A stretch of 64,000 bases of DNA from the human T2T-CHM13v2.0 reference genome, Homo sapiens (GCF_009914755.1 NC_060926.1); one strand, 5' to 3'. Positions 41,279 to 58,643 are shown, counted from the stretch's first letter. Numbers and translations: made by a program. The notes: a model not told the origin generated them from the letters alone.

Positions 41279-41596
41279 AAGAATTATCAAATAATTTTTC
41301 AAATTTTTTATAGTTTTTAAAAATTTCAACAGCTTTTGGGGAACAAGTGGCTTCTGTTTACGTGGATAAACTCTGTAGTGGTGAATTCTGAGATTTCAGT
41401 GCCTCTGTTCCCTGAGCAGTGTACACAATACCCAATATGTAGTCTTTTATCCTTTACTCCCTCTTGCCTTTACCAAGCCCACAAAGTCTATTATAACCCT
41501 CTGCATTTCTTTGCGTCTTGATAGCTTAGCTCCCGTTTATAAGAGAGAACACAAAATATTTGGTTTTCCATTCCTGAGTTACTTCACTTAGAATAA

Positions 41597-42014
<418 letters not shown>

Positions 42015-43209
42015 TATCCATTTATTTGTTGATGGGCATCAATCAAAGATTGGTTCCATATCTTTGCAGTTGTGCTGCTATAAACATGTATGCGCATATG
42101 CCTTTTTCATGGAATGACTTCTTTTCCCTTGGGTAAGTTCCCAGTAGTGAGAATGCTGAGTCAAATGATAGATCTACTTTTAGTTCTTTCGGGAATCTCC
42201 ATAATGTTTTTCATAGAGGTTGCACTAATTTACATTCCCATCAGCAGTGCAAAAAAGTATGCCTTTTTCACCACATTCACACCAACGTCTATTAATTTTT
42301 GACGTTTTAATTATGGCTATCTTTGCAGGAGCAATGCAGTATCTCATCATGGTTTTAATTCCCTGATAATTAGTGATGCTTACATTTTTTTGTATGCTTC
42401 TTGGCCATTTATATATTTTCTTTTGAGAAACATCTATTTATATCCCTTGTCCACATTTTGATGGAATTATTTTAGGGGGCAGAAGGGGGAGGCTGTGATT
42501 TGTTTGAGTTCCTTGTAGATTCTGGATGCTAGTTATTTGTCGGATACATAGATTGAAAATATTTTCTTCCATTCTGTGGGTTACCTATTTACTCTGCCGC
42601 TTATTTATTTTGCTGTGCTCAGAAGCTTTTTAGTTTAATTAGGTCTCATTTATTTCTTTTTGTTTTTGTTGTATTTGCTTTTGGGGTCTTAGTCATTAAT
42701 TCTTCGCTTAGGGCTGATGTCTAGAAGAGTTTTTCCAACATTGTCTTCTAGAATTTTTATGGTTTCAGGTCTTATATTTAAGTCTTTGATCATGTTGAGT
42801 TGATTTTTGTATAAGGTGAGAGAGAGGGACCAGTTTCATTGTTCTACATGTGGTTTGCCAGTTTTCCCAGCACTGTTTCTTGAATAGAGTATCCTTTCCC
42901 CAATTTATGTTTTTGTATGCTTTGTCAAAGATGAGTTGGTTATGAGTATTTGACTTTATTTCTGAGTTCTTTATTCTGTTCCATTGGTCTAAGTACCTAT
43001 TTTAAAACCAGTACCATGCTGTTTTGTTAACTATAGCCTTGCGTTATAATTGAAGTGTGGTAATGTGATGCCTCCAGATTTGATTCCTTTCATTAGGATT
43101 GCTTTGGCTGTTTGGGTTCTTTTTTGGTTCCACAAGAATATTAGGATTTTTTTTTTCTAGTTCTGTGAAAAATAATACTGCTACTTTTATGGAAATTGCA
43201 TTGAATCTG

Positions 43210-43368
43210 TAGATTTCTTTGGGCAATATGGTCATTTTTACAATATTAATTCTCCCCATCCATGATCATGAGATATGTTTCTATTTATTCATAGATTTCC
43301 TTGGGCAATATGGTCATTTTTACGATACTAATTCTCCCCATCCATGATCATGTGATACATTTCTATTT
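43210..43368. repeat. 82-bp-period tandem duplication within L1PB ORF2
   Basis: TAGATTTC(T/C)TTGGGCAATATGGTCATTTTTAC...TTTCTATTT starts at 43210 and again at 43292. Confidence 0.9.
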
Positions 43369-43449
43369 GTGTCATCTATGAATTCTCTCGGCAGAATTTT
43401 TTAGTGCTCCTTGTAGAGATCTTTCACCTCCTTGGTTAAGTATATTCTT

Positions 43450-45578
<2,129 letters not shown>

Positions 45579-48500
45579 TAAAAATTAAGTTATTGATTTG
45601 ATTCTCAGATTTTCATTAATTGGTCATCATAGTATAGCAGTGCTACTGATTTTTGTACATTGCTTTTATAACCTGAGACTTTACTGAATTTGTTTATCAA
45701 ATCTAGGAATCTTTTGGATGAGTCTTTAGGGTTTTCTAAGTATATGATCATATCATTGGTGAATAGCAGATTTGACTTCCTTTTTCCCAATTTGGATGGC
45801 TTTTATTTGTTTCTCTTGCCTAATTGCTCTGGCTAGGACTTCCAGTACTATATTGAATAAAAGTGGTGAAAGTGAGCATCCTGGTCTTGTTCCAGTTCTC
45901 AGGAGCAATGCTTTCAACTTTTCTTCATTCAGTATGATGTTGGCTGTGGGTTTGTCATATATGGCTTTTATTATTTTGGGGTATTCAAAATAATACCAAA
46001 AATAATTTTGAGGTATTCTATTCCTAGTGTATTGAAGATTTTTATTATAAAGGGATGCTGGATTTTATTGAATGTCTTTTCTGCATCTATTCAGATGATC
46101 ATGTAGTTTTTGTTTTTAATTCTGTTTATGAGATGTATCGCATTTATTGATTTGCATATGTTAAACCATCCCTAAGATAAAACCCACTTGCCCATGATGT
46201 ATTGTCTTTCTGATGTGCTGTTGGATTTGGTTAGCTTGTATTTTCTTGAGAATTTTTGCATCTATGTTCATCCGGAATATTGGTCTGTAGTTTTCTTTTG
46301 TTTTGTTATGTCCTTTCCTAGTTTTGGTATTAAGGTGAACTGTCTTCATGCAATGATTTGGACAGGATTCCCACTTTCTCAATGTTTTGGAATAATTTCA
46401 GTAGGATTGGTACGAATTCTTCTTTGAATGTCTGATAGAATTCAGCAGTGAATCTGGTCCTTGGTTTTTATTTTTTTGTTGGCAATTTTTAAATTACTGA
46501 TGCAATCTTGCTGCATGTTATTGATTTGTTCAGGATTTCTACTTCTTCCTGATTCCAGCTAGGAGGTTTTGTGTTTCCAGGAATTTATCCATTTCTTCTA
46601 GATTTTTTATTTTGTGCACATAAAAGTGTTCATAGTAGTTTTGAATGATTGTATTTCTGTGGTGTCAGTTGTAATGTCTCTAGCTTTATTTCTAATTGAT
46701 TTTATTTGGATCATCTCTCTTCTTTTTTTGGTTAATCTCACTAATGGTCTAACAATGTTTTAATATCTTCAAAGAACCAGCTTTTTGTTTCATTTATATT
46801 TTCTATGTTTTTGTTTCAATTTTATTATTTCTGCTCTGATGTTTGTTATTTCTTTTCTTTTGCTGACTTTGTATTTAGTTCCTGTTTCTCTAGTTCCTTG
46901 AGGTGTGACATTAGATTGTCAATTTGTGTTACTTCAGATTTTTTGATGCAGGTATTTAACTGTATGAACTTTCCTATTTGCACCAATTCTGCTCTATCCC
47001 AGAGGTTTTAATAATTTGTGTCACTATTATTACTCATTTCAAAAAATTTCTAAATTTTCATCTTGATTTCACTGTTAACCAAAAATCATTCAGGAGCATA
47101 TTATTTAATTTCTATGTATTTGTATAATTTTGAAGGTTCCTTTTGAAGTTGATTTCAAATTTTATTCCACTGTGGTCTGAGAAGACAATCGATATGATTT
47201 CGATTTTCTTAAATTTATTAAGACTTGTTTTGTGGCCTATGATGTGGTCTATCTTGGACAATGTTTCATTTGCTGATGAAAATAATGTATATTCTGCAGT
47301 TGTTGGGTAGAATATTCTGTACATAGCTGTTACATTTGTTCAGAGTGTAATTTAAGTCCATTGTTTCTCTGTTGAGTTTCTGTCTCAATTATCTTTATAG
47401 TGCTGTCAGTGAAGTATTGAAGCCCACCATTATTATTGTGTTGTCTATCTCATTTCTTAGATCTAGCAGTAATTGTTCTATAAATCTTGGAGTTCCAGTG
47501 GTAGATGCATATAAATTTAGGATTGTAATATGTTCTTTTTAGATTGATCCTTTTATCATTATATAGTGATTTTCTTTGTCTTTTTTTTTTTTTTTTTTAC
47601 TTTTGTTGCTTTGAAGTCTGTTTTGTCTGATACAAGAATAGCTACTCCTGCTCGTTTTTTATTTCCATTTGCCTGGAATAAACTTTTCCACTCCTACACC
47701 TTGAGTTTATATGAATCCTTCCATGTTTGGCAAGTCTCTCAAAAACAGTAGATATTTGGGTTGTGATTTTTTTAATCCATTCTGCCATTATGTATCTAAG
47801 TGGAAAATTTATTTCTTTTGGTGCATATCAAGCTTTTGTTTCAAGGTTTAGTCCTCCTTTTAGCATTTCTTATAGTGCTGGTTTGGTAGTGGCAAATTCT
47901 CTCAGCATTTTTTGTCTGAAAAATGGTTTTATTTCTCCTTCATTTATGAAACTTAGTTTTTCTGGATACAAAATTCTTGACTGGCAATTATTCTGTTTAA
48001 GGAGGCTGAAGATAGGACTTCAGTCCCTTCTAGTTTACATAGTTTCTACTGAGAAGTCTGCTGTTAGTCTGATAGGTTTTCTTTCACAAGTTATTTGATG
48101 CTTCTGTCTCACAGCTCTTAGAATTATTTCCTTCATGTTGACTTTGGGTAACCTGATGACTATGTGCCTTGGCAATGATCCTTTTGCAATGAATTTTCCA
48201 AGAGTTTCTTGAGCTTCTTGTATGCAGATATCTAAATCCTTAGCAAAGCCAAGGAAATTTTCCTAAATTAATCTCTCAAATAAGTTTTTCAAAATGTTAG
48301 CCTTCTCTTCTCCCTCAAGAACACCAATTATTCTTAGGTTTAGCCATTTTACACAATCTCATATTTTTTGGAGACTTTGTTCATTTCTGTTTATTCTTTT
48401 TTCTTCATTTTTGTCTGATTGGGTTAATTCCAAACTCTTGTCTTCAAGCTCTGAAATTCTTTCTTCTACTTGCTGTAGTCTACTATTGAAGCCTTCCACT

Positions 48501-51375
48501 GCATTTTGTAATTCTCTAAGTGCATTTGTCATTTCCAGAAGCTCTGATTGGTTTTTCTTTATGATATGTATCTTTCTAGAAAATGTTTCATTCATATCCT
48601 GAATTTTTTTTAAATTTCTTTATGTTGTTTTTCACCTTTCTCCAGTATCTCCTTGAGTAGCTTAATAATCAACCTTCTGGATTCTTTATCTAGTATTTCA
48701 AAGATTTTATACTGGCTTGGATCAATTTCTGGGGAGCTAGTGTGATCTTTTGGGGGTATCATAGGACCTTTTTTTTTATTATATTACCAGAAGTTACTTT
48801 TCTGGTTCCTTCTCATTTGGGTAGACTATTGTAATTGTTCTTGACTTTATTTTTTTAACGATATTTTCCACCTTAATGATGTGACTTAAATGTTTATTGT
48901 TTATTATAACTTAATTTTGTTCTTCATCCCCTTTAAGGGTGAGGACTCTGTATGAGTTCCTTGGTTATAGAGACTATTTGTATGACGGCTTTCTTAGGTG
49001 CTCATTGTACTACGAATGTACACAGTGTGTGGGCAAGTCCCTTGTCTCTTATGAGGCTGAAATGGCATAGGTCTCTTGAAGCTTATCTCATTTTCCCCTA
49101 GTGTGCACTATTTTATTTATTTATTTTTCCCCAGTATTTTATTAACTGAGTTGACGGTTCTGGCTTCAGGTCAGTAGTTGAGGTGTCCTTGTGTAAGAAC
49201 CGGTTTTTGCTAAAGCAGGTGGGTAAATGCAATATCCAACGGTGAGCAGAGGTCTCACCCTTGACAGAAATGGCTGTGGGAGCTCTCAGTGAAATACTAT
49301 GAGGTTTTATTAGCAGGGAAGGGTAGGAGTCACTTCAGCTCCCCTGCCAGGTCATCAGGAAAGCTATCCACCTCTCAGATTCATTTCTTCCCCAGTGTTC
49401 TGGCTATTCAGATTAGACAAGCACCTCTTTTCATCTGTAGGAATGTTGATGTTCCAAGTAAAGAGGAATTGTGACTCAGCCTCTCATGCAAGCCTGAACC
49501 TGGGGGGTACTCCTCCTGTGAGGATGCAGTCACTCTGAAGTGTTTCAGGAAAGATGTCTATAGGTGCATCTATGCCAAGCTCCCATGCGAGAAGCCCCAG
49601 CTATGTCTGCAGTGGTGGACAAGAGGGGAAAGAAGCCCCCTTCTCCACGACTGTTCACAAACACCAAAGCTACCTGGCTTTTGGAGAAGAGCTACTGACT
49701 TTCTCTGCTAAGCCTAGCAATGAAATTGTGTCTCTGCTGAAAGTAACTTCCCACGAGTGGAAAGATCTAGGACTCAAGGCCTCCCATCTGGATTCTTTTG
49801 TCCTGTGGGGTGTTCCCTTGATGTGGTGCTCTTCCCCTTCTCCTAAAAGTAGGAGTTCTTGACAGCCAAATTATATGGATAATATTGCTCTTTTAGGCCT
49901 AGCCACCCAGTTGGGCTGCCACACTCCAGGCTGGTGCTGGGGAATGTCTGCAAAGGATCTGGTGATATGACCTGTCCTCAAATCTCCCAGCCCAGGATCA
50001 GCTCTGATGAGGGTAGCAGGAGAGTGATGTAGACTCTCTGAGATTCCTTGGTTATAGATAGCCTTAGCGTTCTTGAATACTGGCTTTCTCAAATGCTTGT
50101 CTTAATAGCAGTGAACTAGGCATGTTGACAGACTAAGTACTTCCTGGTTAGCCAGGGTGTTGCAAGCAATGGTGACAGATTACATCACACACCAGTTTTC
50201 TCCTTTATCGGTGCAGTGTTATTCTACCTAGAGTTGCTGTAATGAACTGCATTAGTTGGCTTCCAACCAGGAAGTGGCATTTGCAAAACAGCACCAGCTA
50301 CAGTAGTAACAGTGGGATGTGAGCTTGTTCTATGTTGCTCAGGGGAGGTATTCTGGTTTCTCAGGGGAAGAGTGGGGCCATAAATCTCCCAAAAGTTTCT
50401 GCCCTTTGTGTTAAGCTACCAGGGCAGGTGGGGGGGAACAGACAAGCAGGGGCAGTGTCAGAAAGGTCTGTGCTCTGACACTCCATGTGCAAGGCAAGCT
50501 GCGGTCCCTGTGGGTGTCAGGGAGTAGGTGGTTCTCAGGCTACTGGAGTAAGGTTCCAATAGGGAGTGTAACTGCCTCTGCTGCACAGAAGGTTTTGCAC
50601 AGGGAGTGGAGAGTAGCAGGTGGTAGTAAGCCTCACCTAGATTCTACACAGTTGGCAAGGCAGATCTCCCTCCTGCATTACTCCAATAAAAGCACCCAGC
50701 TAAGCTCTAAGCAGCCTGAGTTAAGAACTCCACCTGTCCCAGGCCATAAGCTTTCCCTGTGGTGATAGCAACTGTAGCAATTGTACCATTCAGGGCATGC
50801 CCCTTTCCATCTGTATGCAAGTCCAGGTGCCCAGTTCCTGTGCTGGTGGCTGCAGCACACTTCTGGCTCACCCCTCAGGTTCTGGCCAAGGGAGTTTGTC
50901 CCCACTTGATGTTATATTGCAGAATTCAATTGGAAGCTTCTATCAACCTGTAACCTCTGCCTGAGCTAGCTGGCTGACTTCCCCAAGGTCTCCTGTGACA
51001 TATAATAAGGAATGGCTTCCCTAGGTTGGCACTAAAGACTGGGAATGCCTGCCAGGCATTTTCCACCGCCGTTTCTTCTTTTATATTTCTCATCACTCCC
51101 TAAATCAGTTCCAGATCTGGGTAGGGTTAAGGTCTTCTCTGATAGCCTGAATTTTCAGGTTCCTTTGTGGGGATGTGTATCCTGGAGGCAGTTTCTCCCA
51201 CTCCCATACTCTGGGGACTTAGAATTTTTCACCTGTCTCATGGTGAAGGCTGCAGCCTGCCACTTCTTTCAAAGGGTCTGTAGATTCTTTCCATTTTTCT
51301 GTTAAGTTCCTGCATTGCTTCTTGGAAAAAAATATACAGTGTTAATCTCTACACATTATTCTTTCCTTCCAAGTG

Positions 51376-54300
51376 CCCATCAGGCTATTGGTGAACTTCT
51401 CGGTAAAAACCTTATAAGCCAGAAGAGACTATGGGCCTATTTTCAGTATTCTTAAATAAAAGAAATTCTAGGGATGAAGCCAACCTTTTCACTTCATCCC
51501 TGGGACACAAGCTGGTTCAACATACACAAATCAATAAGTGTAATCCATCAAATAAACAGAACCAATGACAAAAACCACATGATTATCTCAATAGAGGCAG
51601 AAAAGGCCTTTGACAAAATTCAACACCGCTTCATGCTAAAAACTCTCAATAAACTTGGTATTGATGGAGCATATCTCAAAATAATAAGAGCTAGTTATGA
51701 CAAACTCTCAGCCAATATCATACTGAATGGGCAAAAACTGGAAGAATTCCCTTTGAAAACCAACACAAGACAAGGATGTCCTTTCTCAACACTCCTATTA
51801 AACATAGTATTGGAAGTTCTGGCCAGGGCAAACAGGCAAGAGAAAGAAATAAAGGGTGTTCAATTAGGAAAAAAGGAAATCAAATTGTCTCTGTTTGCAG
51901 ATGACATGATTTTATATGTAGAAAACCCCATCATCTCAGCTCAAAATCTCCTTAAGCTGATAAGCAACTTCAGCAAAGTCTCAGGACACAAAATCAATGT
52001 GCAAAAATCACAAGCATTTTTGTACACCAATAACAGAGAGCCAAATCATGAGTGAACTCCCATTCACAATTGCTACAAAGAGGATAAAATACCTAGAAAT
52101 ACAATTTACAAGGGATTTGAATGACCTCTTCAAGGAGATCTACAAACCACTGCTCAAGGAAATAAGAGAGGACACAAGCAAATGGAAAAACATTCCATGC
52201 TCATGGATAAGAAGAATCAACATTGTGAAAATGGCCATATTGCCCAAAGTAATTTATAGATTCAATGCTATCCCCATCAAGATACCTTAGACTTTCTTCA
52301 CAGAATTGAAAAAACTACTTTAAATTTCATATGGAACCAAAAAAGAGCCTGCATAGCCAAAACTGTCCTAAGCAAAAGAACAATGCTGGAGGCATTATGC
52401 TACCTGACTTCAAACTATACTACAAGGCTGCAGAAATCAAAACAGTAGGGTACTGGTACCAAAACAGATATATAGACCAATGGAACAGAACAGAGATCTC
52501 AGAAATAATGTCACACATCTACAATCATCTGATCTTTGACAAACCTGACAAAAACAAGCAATGGGGGAAGGATTCCCTATTTAATAAATGGTGCTGGGAA
52601 AACTAGCTAGCCATATGCAGAAAGCTGAAACTGGATCCCTTCCTGACACCTTATAAAAAAATTAACTCAAGATGGATTAAAGACTCAAAAGTAAGACCTA
52701 AAATCATAAAAACCCTAGAAGAAAACCTAGGCAATACCATTCAGGACATAGGCATGGGCAAAGACTTCATGACTAAAACACTAAAAGCAATGGCAACGAA
52801 AGCCAAAATTGACAAATGGGATCTAATTAAACTAAAGAGCTTCTGCACAGCAAAAGTAACTATCATCAGAGTGAATAGGCAACCTACAGAATGGGAGAAA
52901 ATTTTTGCACTCTATCTATCTGACAAAGAACTAGTATCCAGAATCTACAAAACTTAAACAAATTTACAAGAAAGAAACAAACAACCCCATCAAAAAGTGG
53001 GCAAAGGATATGAACAGACACTTCTCAAAAGAAGACATTTATGTGGCCAACAATCATATGACTAAAAGCTCATCATCACTGGTCATTAGAGAAATGCAAA
53101 TCAAAACCACAATGAGATACCATCTCACACCAGTTAGAATGGCAATCATTAAAAAGTCAGGAAGCAACAGATGCTGGAGAGGATGTGGAGAAATGGAAAT
53201 ATTTTTACATTGTTGGTGGAGTGTAAATTAGTTCAAACATTGTGGAAGAAAATGTGGCAATCCCTCAACAATCTAGAGCTAGAAATACCATTTGACCCAG
53301 CAATCCTTTTACTGGGTATATACCCAAAGGATTATAAATCATTCTACTATAAAGACACATGCACACGTATGTTTACTGCAGCACTGCTTACAATAGCAAA
53401 GACTTGGAACCAACCCAAATGCCCATCAATGATAGACTGGATAAAGAAAGTGTGGCACATATACACCATGGAATACTATGCAGCCATAAAAAAGGATGAG
53501 TTCATATCCTTTGCAAGGACATGGATGAAGCTGGAAACCATCATTCTCAGCAAACTATCGCAAGGACAAAAAACCAAACACCACATGTTCTCACTCATAA
53601 GTGGGAGTTGAACAATGAGAACACATGGACACAGGGAGGGGAACATCACACACCGGGGCCTGTCTGGGGGTGGGGGGCTAGGGGAGGGATAGCATTAGGA
53701 GAAATACCTAATGTTGATGAGTGGCGCAAACCACCATGGCACTTGTGTACCTATATAAAAACCTGCACATTCTGCACATATACCTCAGAACTTAAAGTAT
53801 AATAATAATAATAATAAAAGAAATTCTAACCAAGAATCTTATGTCCTGTCAAACTAAGGTTCATAAGTAAAAGAGAAATAAAATATTTTCCAGACAAGCA
53901 ATCACTAAGGGAATTTATTACCACTAGACCGGCCTTACAAAATATTCTCAAGGGCATTCTAAGCATGGAAATGAAAGAAAAATACTTGCTACCACACACA
54001 TACACAAAACACTGCATTGAAATACATAGTCCAGATATCCTATAAAGCAGCTAAACAATAGAAACTACAAAGCAACCAGCAAATGATTTCACAATAGGAT
54101 CAAAATTTCACATATCAATATTAACCCAGAATGTAAATGGTCTAAACACCCCACTTTAAAGACACCCCACTTTAAGGACAGAGTTGCAAGCTGGATTAAA
54201 AATAAGACCATTTGTCTGCTGTATTCAAGAGACCTATCTCACATGTAACAACACCCATAAGCTCAAAGTAAAAGGTTGGAGAAACATCTATCTTGCAAAT

Positions 54301-57300
54301 GGAAAACAAAAAAAGAGCAGGGGTTGCTCCTCTTATATAAGATAAAATAGACTCTAACCCAACAACAGTAAAAAAGACAAAAAAGACAATTACATAATGA
54401 TAAACGACTCGATTCAACAAGAAGACATAAACAAAGCAACAAGGAACAAGTACTTCTAGACTTGCAAAAAACCTAGAGAGCTATACAATAATAGTGAAGG
54501 ACTTCAATGCCCCATTCACAGTTTTAGATAATCAAGGCAGAACACTAATAGAAGTTTTGGACTTAAACTTGACACTTGATCAGTTACGCCTAATGGGCAT
54601 CTACAGACCCCTCCACCCATCAACCACAGATTATGCATTCTTCTCATCTGAACACAGAACAGATCATGAGATTGACCACATGCTCTACTATAAATCAAGT
54701 CTCAATAAATTCAAAAAAATTTAAATCATACCAACCATACTCTTGGACCACAGTGAATAAAGATAGAAAGCAATACTAAGATGATCTCTCCAAACTATAC
54801 GATTATATGGAAATTAAACAACTTGTTCTTAATGCCTTTTGATTAAACAAAATTATGGTGTAATAAAATTTAAAAACTCTTTGAAATGAATAAAGACAGA
54901 GACACAACATATCAAAATCTCTAGAATGAAGCCAAAGCAGTGTTAAAGGAAGAGTTTACAGTGCTAAAAGCCTACATCAAGGAGTTAGAAAGATCTAGAA
55001 TTAATCTAACATTATGCCTGGAGGAGCTAGAGAAAACAAGAACAAACTAACCCCAAATCCAGCAAGAAAAAAAAAGAAATGGCTAAAATTAGAGCCTATC
55101 TGAATAAAATTGTGAATCAAAAATTCATAGAAAAAATCAAGGAAACCAATTGTTGGTTTTCTGAAAAAATAAACAAAATCAATCCAACCACTAGTTAGAT
55201 TAATAAAGAAAAAAAGAGAGGAGATCCAAATAAGCACAATCAGAAATGGCAAAGGAGATTACAACTGACTGTATAGAAATACAAAGGATCCTCAGAAACT
55301 ATTATGAACACCTCTATGCACACAATGAGAAAATCTGGAGAAAATGGATAAATTCTTGGAAGCACACAACCTCCTAATAATGAATTAGGAAGAAACTGAA
55401 AACTTGAACAAACCAATATTAAGCTCTGGATTTGAATCAGTAATTAAAAACCTAACAATAAAAAAAAGAGTAGGACCAGATGGTTTCACAGCCAAATTTG
55501 GTTTCACAGCCAAATTCAAATGTACGGAGAAGAGCTGATACCAATAATACTGAAACTACTCTAAAAAATTGAGGAAAAGAGACTGATCCTTAATTCATTC
55601 TTTGAAACCAACATCACCCTGATATCTGAACCTGGTAAAGACACACCAAAAAAGAAAACTACAGGCCAATATCCTTGATCAGTATAGACACATATGTTCT
55701 CAACAAAATACTAGTAAACCAAATCCAGCAATCACATCAAAAAATTCATTTACCATGATTGAGTGAGCTTTATCCCTGGGATGCAAGGTTGTTACAATAT
55801 AAGTATATCAATAAATGTAATTCATCACAAAAACAAAACTGAAAACAGAAACCACATGATCATTTCGATAGATGCAGAGGCTTTTGATAAAATCCATCAT
55901 TACTTCATAATAACCCTCCCCCACGTAAGAAACTAGGCATTAACAGAACATACCTCAAAATATTAAGAGCTATCTATGACAAACCCACAACCAACATCAT
56001 TCTGAATGGGTGAAAGCTGGAAGTGTTCCTCTTAAGAACAGGAGCAACACAGTAATGCACACTCTAACCATGCCTACTCAACATAGTATTGGAAGTACCA
56101 GCCAGAGCCATCAGACAAGAGAAATAAAAGACATTTAAATTAAAAAAATACAAAGTCAAAATATCTATCTTCACTGATGATATGATGCGTAGAAAACTTT
56201 AAAGATTGTGCCAAAGGGCTCCTAGATCTGATAAACAACTCCAGTAAAGTTTCACGATAAAAATTAGTGTACAAAAATCAGTAGCATTTCTGTACACCAA
56301 TAATGTTCAAGCTGAGAGCCAAATCAAGAGTGCAATCTCATTTACAATAGCAGTTAAAAAAAAAAAAAGAGAAAGGAAAAAAAAAAAAAAACAGGGAATA
56401 CATTTAACCTAGGAGGTGAAAGATCTCTACAAGGAGAACTATAAAACATTGCTGAAAGGAATCTGAGATGACACAAACAAATGAAAAACCATTCCATGCT
56501 TACAGATTGGAAGAATTATATCATTAAAATGGCCATACTGCTCAAAGAAATCTACAGATTCAATGCTATTCCTATCAAACTACCAATATCATTTTTTCAA
56601 AAAATTGTAAAAAACTATTTTAATTTATATGGAACCAAAAAGGAGCCAAATATTAGTCAAAGCATTTCTAAGCAAAAAGAACAAAGCAAGAAGCATCAAA
56701 AGAACCAGCTTCAAAATACTCTTAAAGCTACAGTAATCAAAAGAGTATAGTACTAGTACAAAGACAGACACAAATACTGCCCAATGGAACAGAATAGAGA
56801 ACACAGAAACTAAGCAACATACCTACAACTATCTGATCTTCAACAATGTCAACAAAAATAAGCAATGTGAAAAGAACTCCCTATTCAATAAATGGTACTA
56901 GGGTCATTAGGTAGCCATATGCAGAAGAATGAAAGTGGACCCCTGACATTTACTATATACAAAAATTAACTCGAGATGTATTAAAGATTTAAATTTCAGG
57001 CCCCAAACCATAAACATCTTAGAGGAAAACGTAGGAATTACTTTTCTGGACATCAGCCCTGGCAAAGAATTTATGACTAAGTCCTCAAAAACAATTTCAA
57101 CTAAAACAAAAATTGACAAGTGGTACCCAATGAAACTAAAGAGCTTTTGCACAGCAAAGGAAACTATCAGCAGACTAAACAGGCAACCTACAGAATGAGA
57201 AAAAAATATTTGCAAACTACGCATTGGACAAAGTTCAAATATCCAGAATCTATAAGGAACTTGAACACGTCAACAAACAATAAGCAAATAACCTCGTTAA

Positions 57301-58165
57301 AAAGTGGGCAAAGAACATGAACAGACATTTCTCAAAAAAGGATATACTAGCAGTCAACAAGCATATGAAAAAAATGTTCCATACTAATTATTAAAGAAAT
57401 GAACATCAAAACCACAATGACATACCACCTTACACCAGTCAGAATAGCTATTATTAAAAAGACCAAAAAAATAACAGATGCTGGCCATTCTGCAGAGAAA
57501 AGGGAATGCTTATACACTGTTTGTGGGAATGTAAATAGGTTCAGCCACTGTGGAAAGCAGTTTGAAAATTTATCAGAGAAGTTATATCAGAACTACCATT
57601 TGATCTAGCAATCCCATTACTGGGTATATATTCAAAGGGAAATACATTTTTTTTTTTTTTACCAAAAAGACACATGTACTCATATATTAATAACAGCACT
57701 ATTCATAATAGCAAAGACATAAAATCAGCCTGCATGCCTATCAATGGTGGATTGGATAAATAAAATTTGGTAAATATATACCATGGAATGCCAGCCATAA
57801 AAAAATCAAAATTACTTATTTTTTTTTACAATAACATGAATATAGGTCGGGGCCATATCCTAAGTGAATTAACTTAGGAACAGATAATCAAATACCACAT
57901 ATTCTCACTTGTGTGTGGAGCTAAACGTTGGGTTCATAAATAGGTAAGAGGGGAACAACAGACCTGGGGATTACTAGAGGGAGGAGAGGGAGAGGCAAGC
58001 AGGGGCTGAAAACACCCTATGGGGTGTTATGCTGAGCACCTGGGTGATGGGATCTTTCATACCCCTAATCTCAGCATCATGAAATATAGTCATGTTACAA
58101 ACCTGCACATGTTCCCTCAAATCTAAAAGTTGAAATTATTAAAACATTAAAACATAAAAATAAAA
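51376..58165 (+). mobile_element. L1PA15/16-like element from mid-ORF1 to 3' end, interrupted by a younger L1
   Basis: ORF1 CCCATCAGGCTA...GCCAGAAGAGA and degenerate ORF2. 3' end CTCAGCATCATG...AACCTGCACATG...AAAGTTGAAATTATTAAAA. Confidence 0.85.
51471..53812 (+). mobile_element. L1PA (about PA7-8), 5'-truncated, 16-bp TSD AATAAAAGAAATTCTA
   Basis: ORF2 RT to C-terminus pieces, 3' UTR, (AAT)n tail. TSD at 51455-51470 and 53813-53828. Confidence 0.93.
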
Positions 58166-58643
58166 GATAAGAATATGATAAAGGAAAGCTTTTTGAAATT
58201 AAAATAATTGCGGTACAATTTAGAAATTATTTTTTAAATGTCCTATCTAGGCTTTTATCTGCTATAATAAAGGTATGAATTATTCCTCAAATACTTACAA
58301 AATTAAGTTCTAGATGAAATTTTACATGTTTGAAGTGAAGAGAAAACAAGGCAACATGTATGCACACTTGATTTGCAGACAAAATAAATTTACCCTTTAG
58401 AGTGTTACTGAAAAAAAAAGACAAAACAAGCAAGAAAACCTACTTTGTTTTATGTAACAAGTAGTCTATTAATTTTTAAAATAACCAAAACACATTAGAC
58501 CTCTCTGTACTTTCTGCTTAATTTTGCTGTGGACCTAAAACTGCTGTAAAAAAAAAATAAAGTCAATAACAACAACAATGCTGGGCCAAAATGTCAGCCT
58601 TTATAAAAAATTATTTTTCAGGACTAAATTTTCTTCTTGTTGA

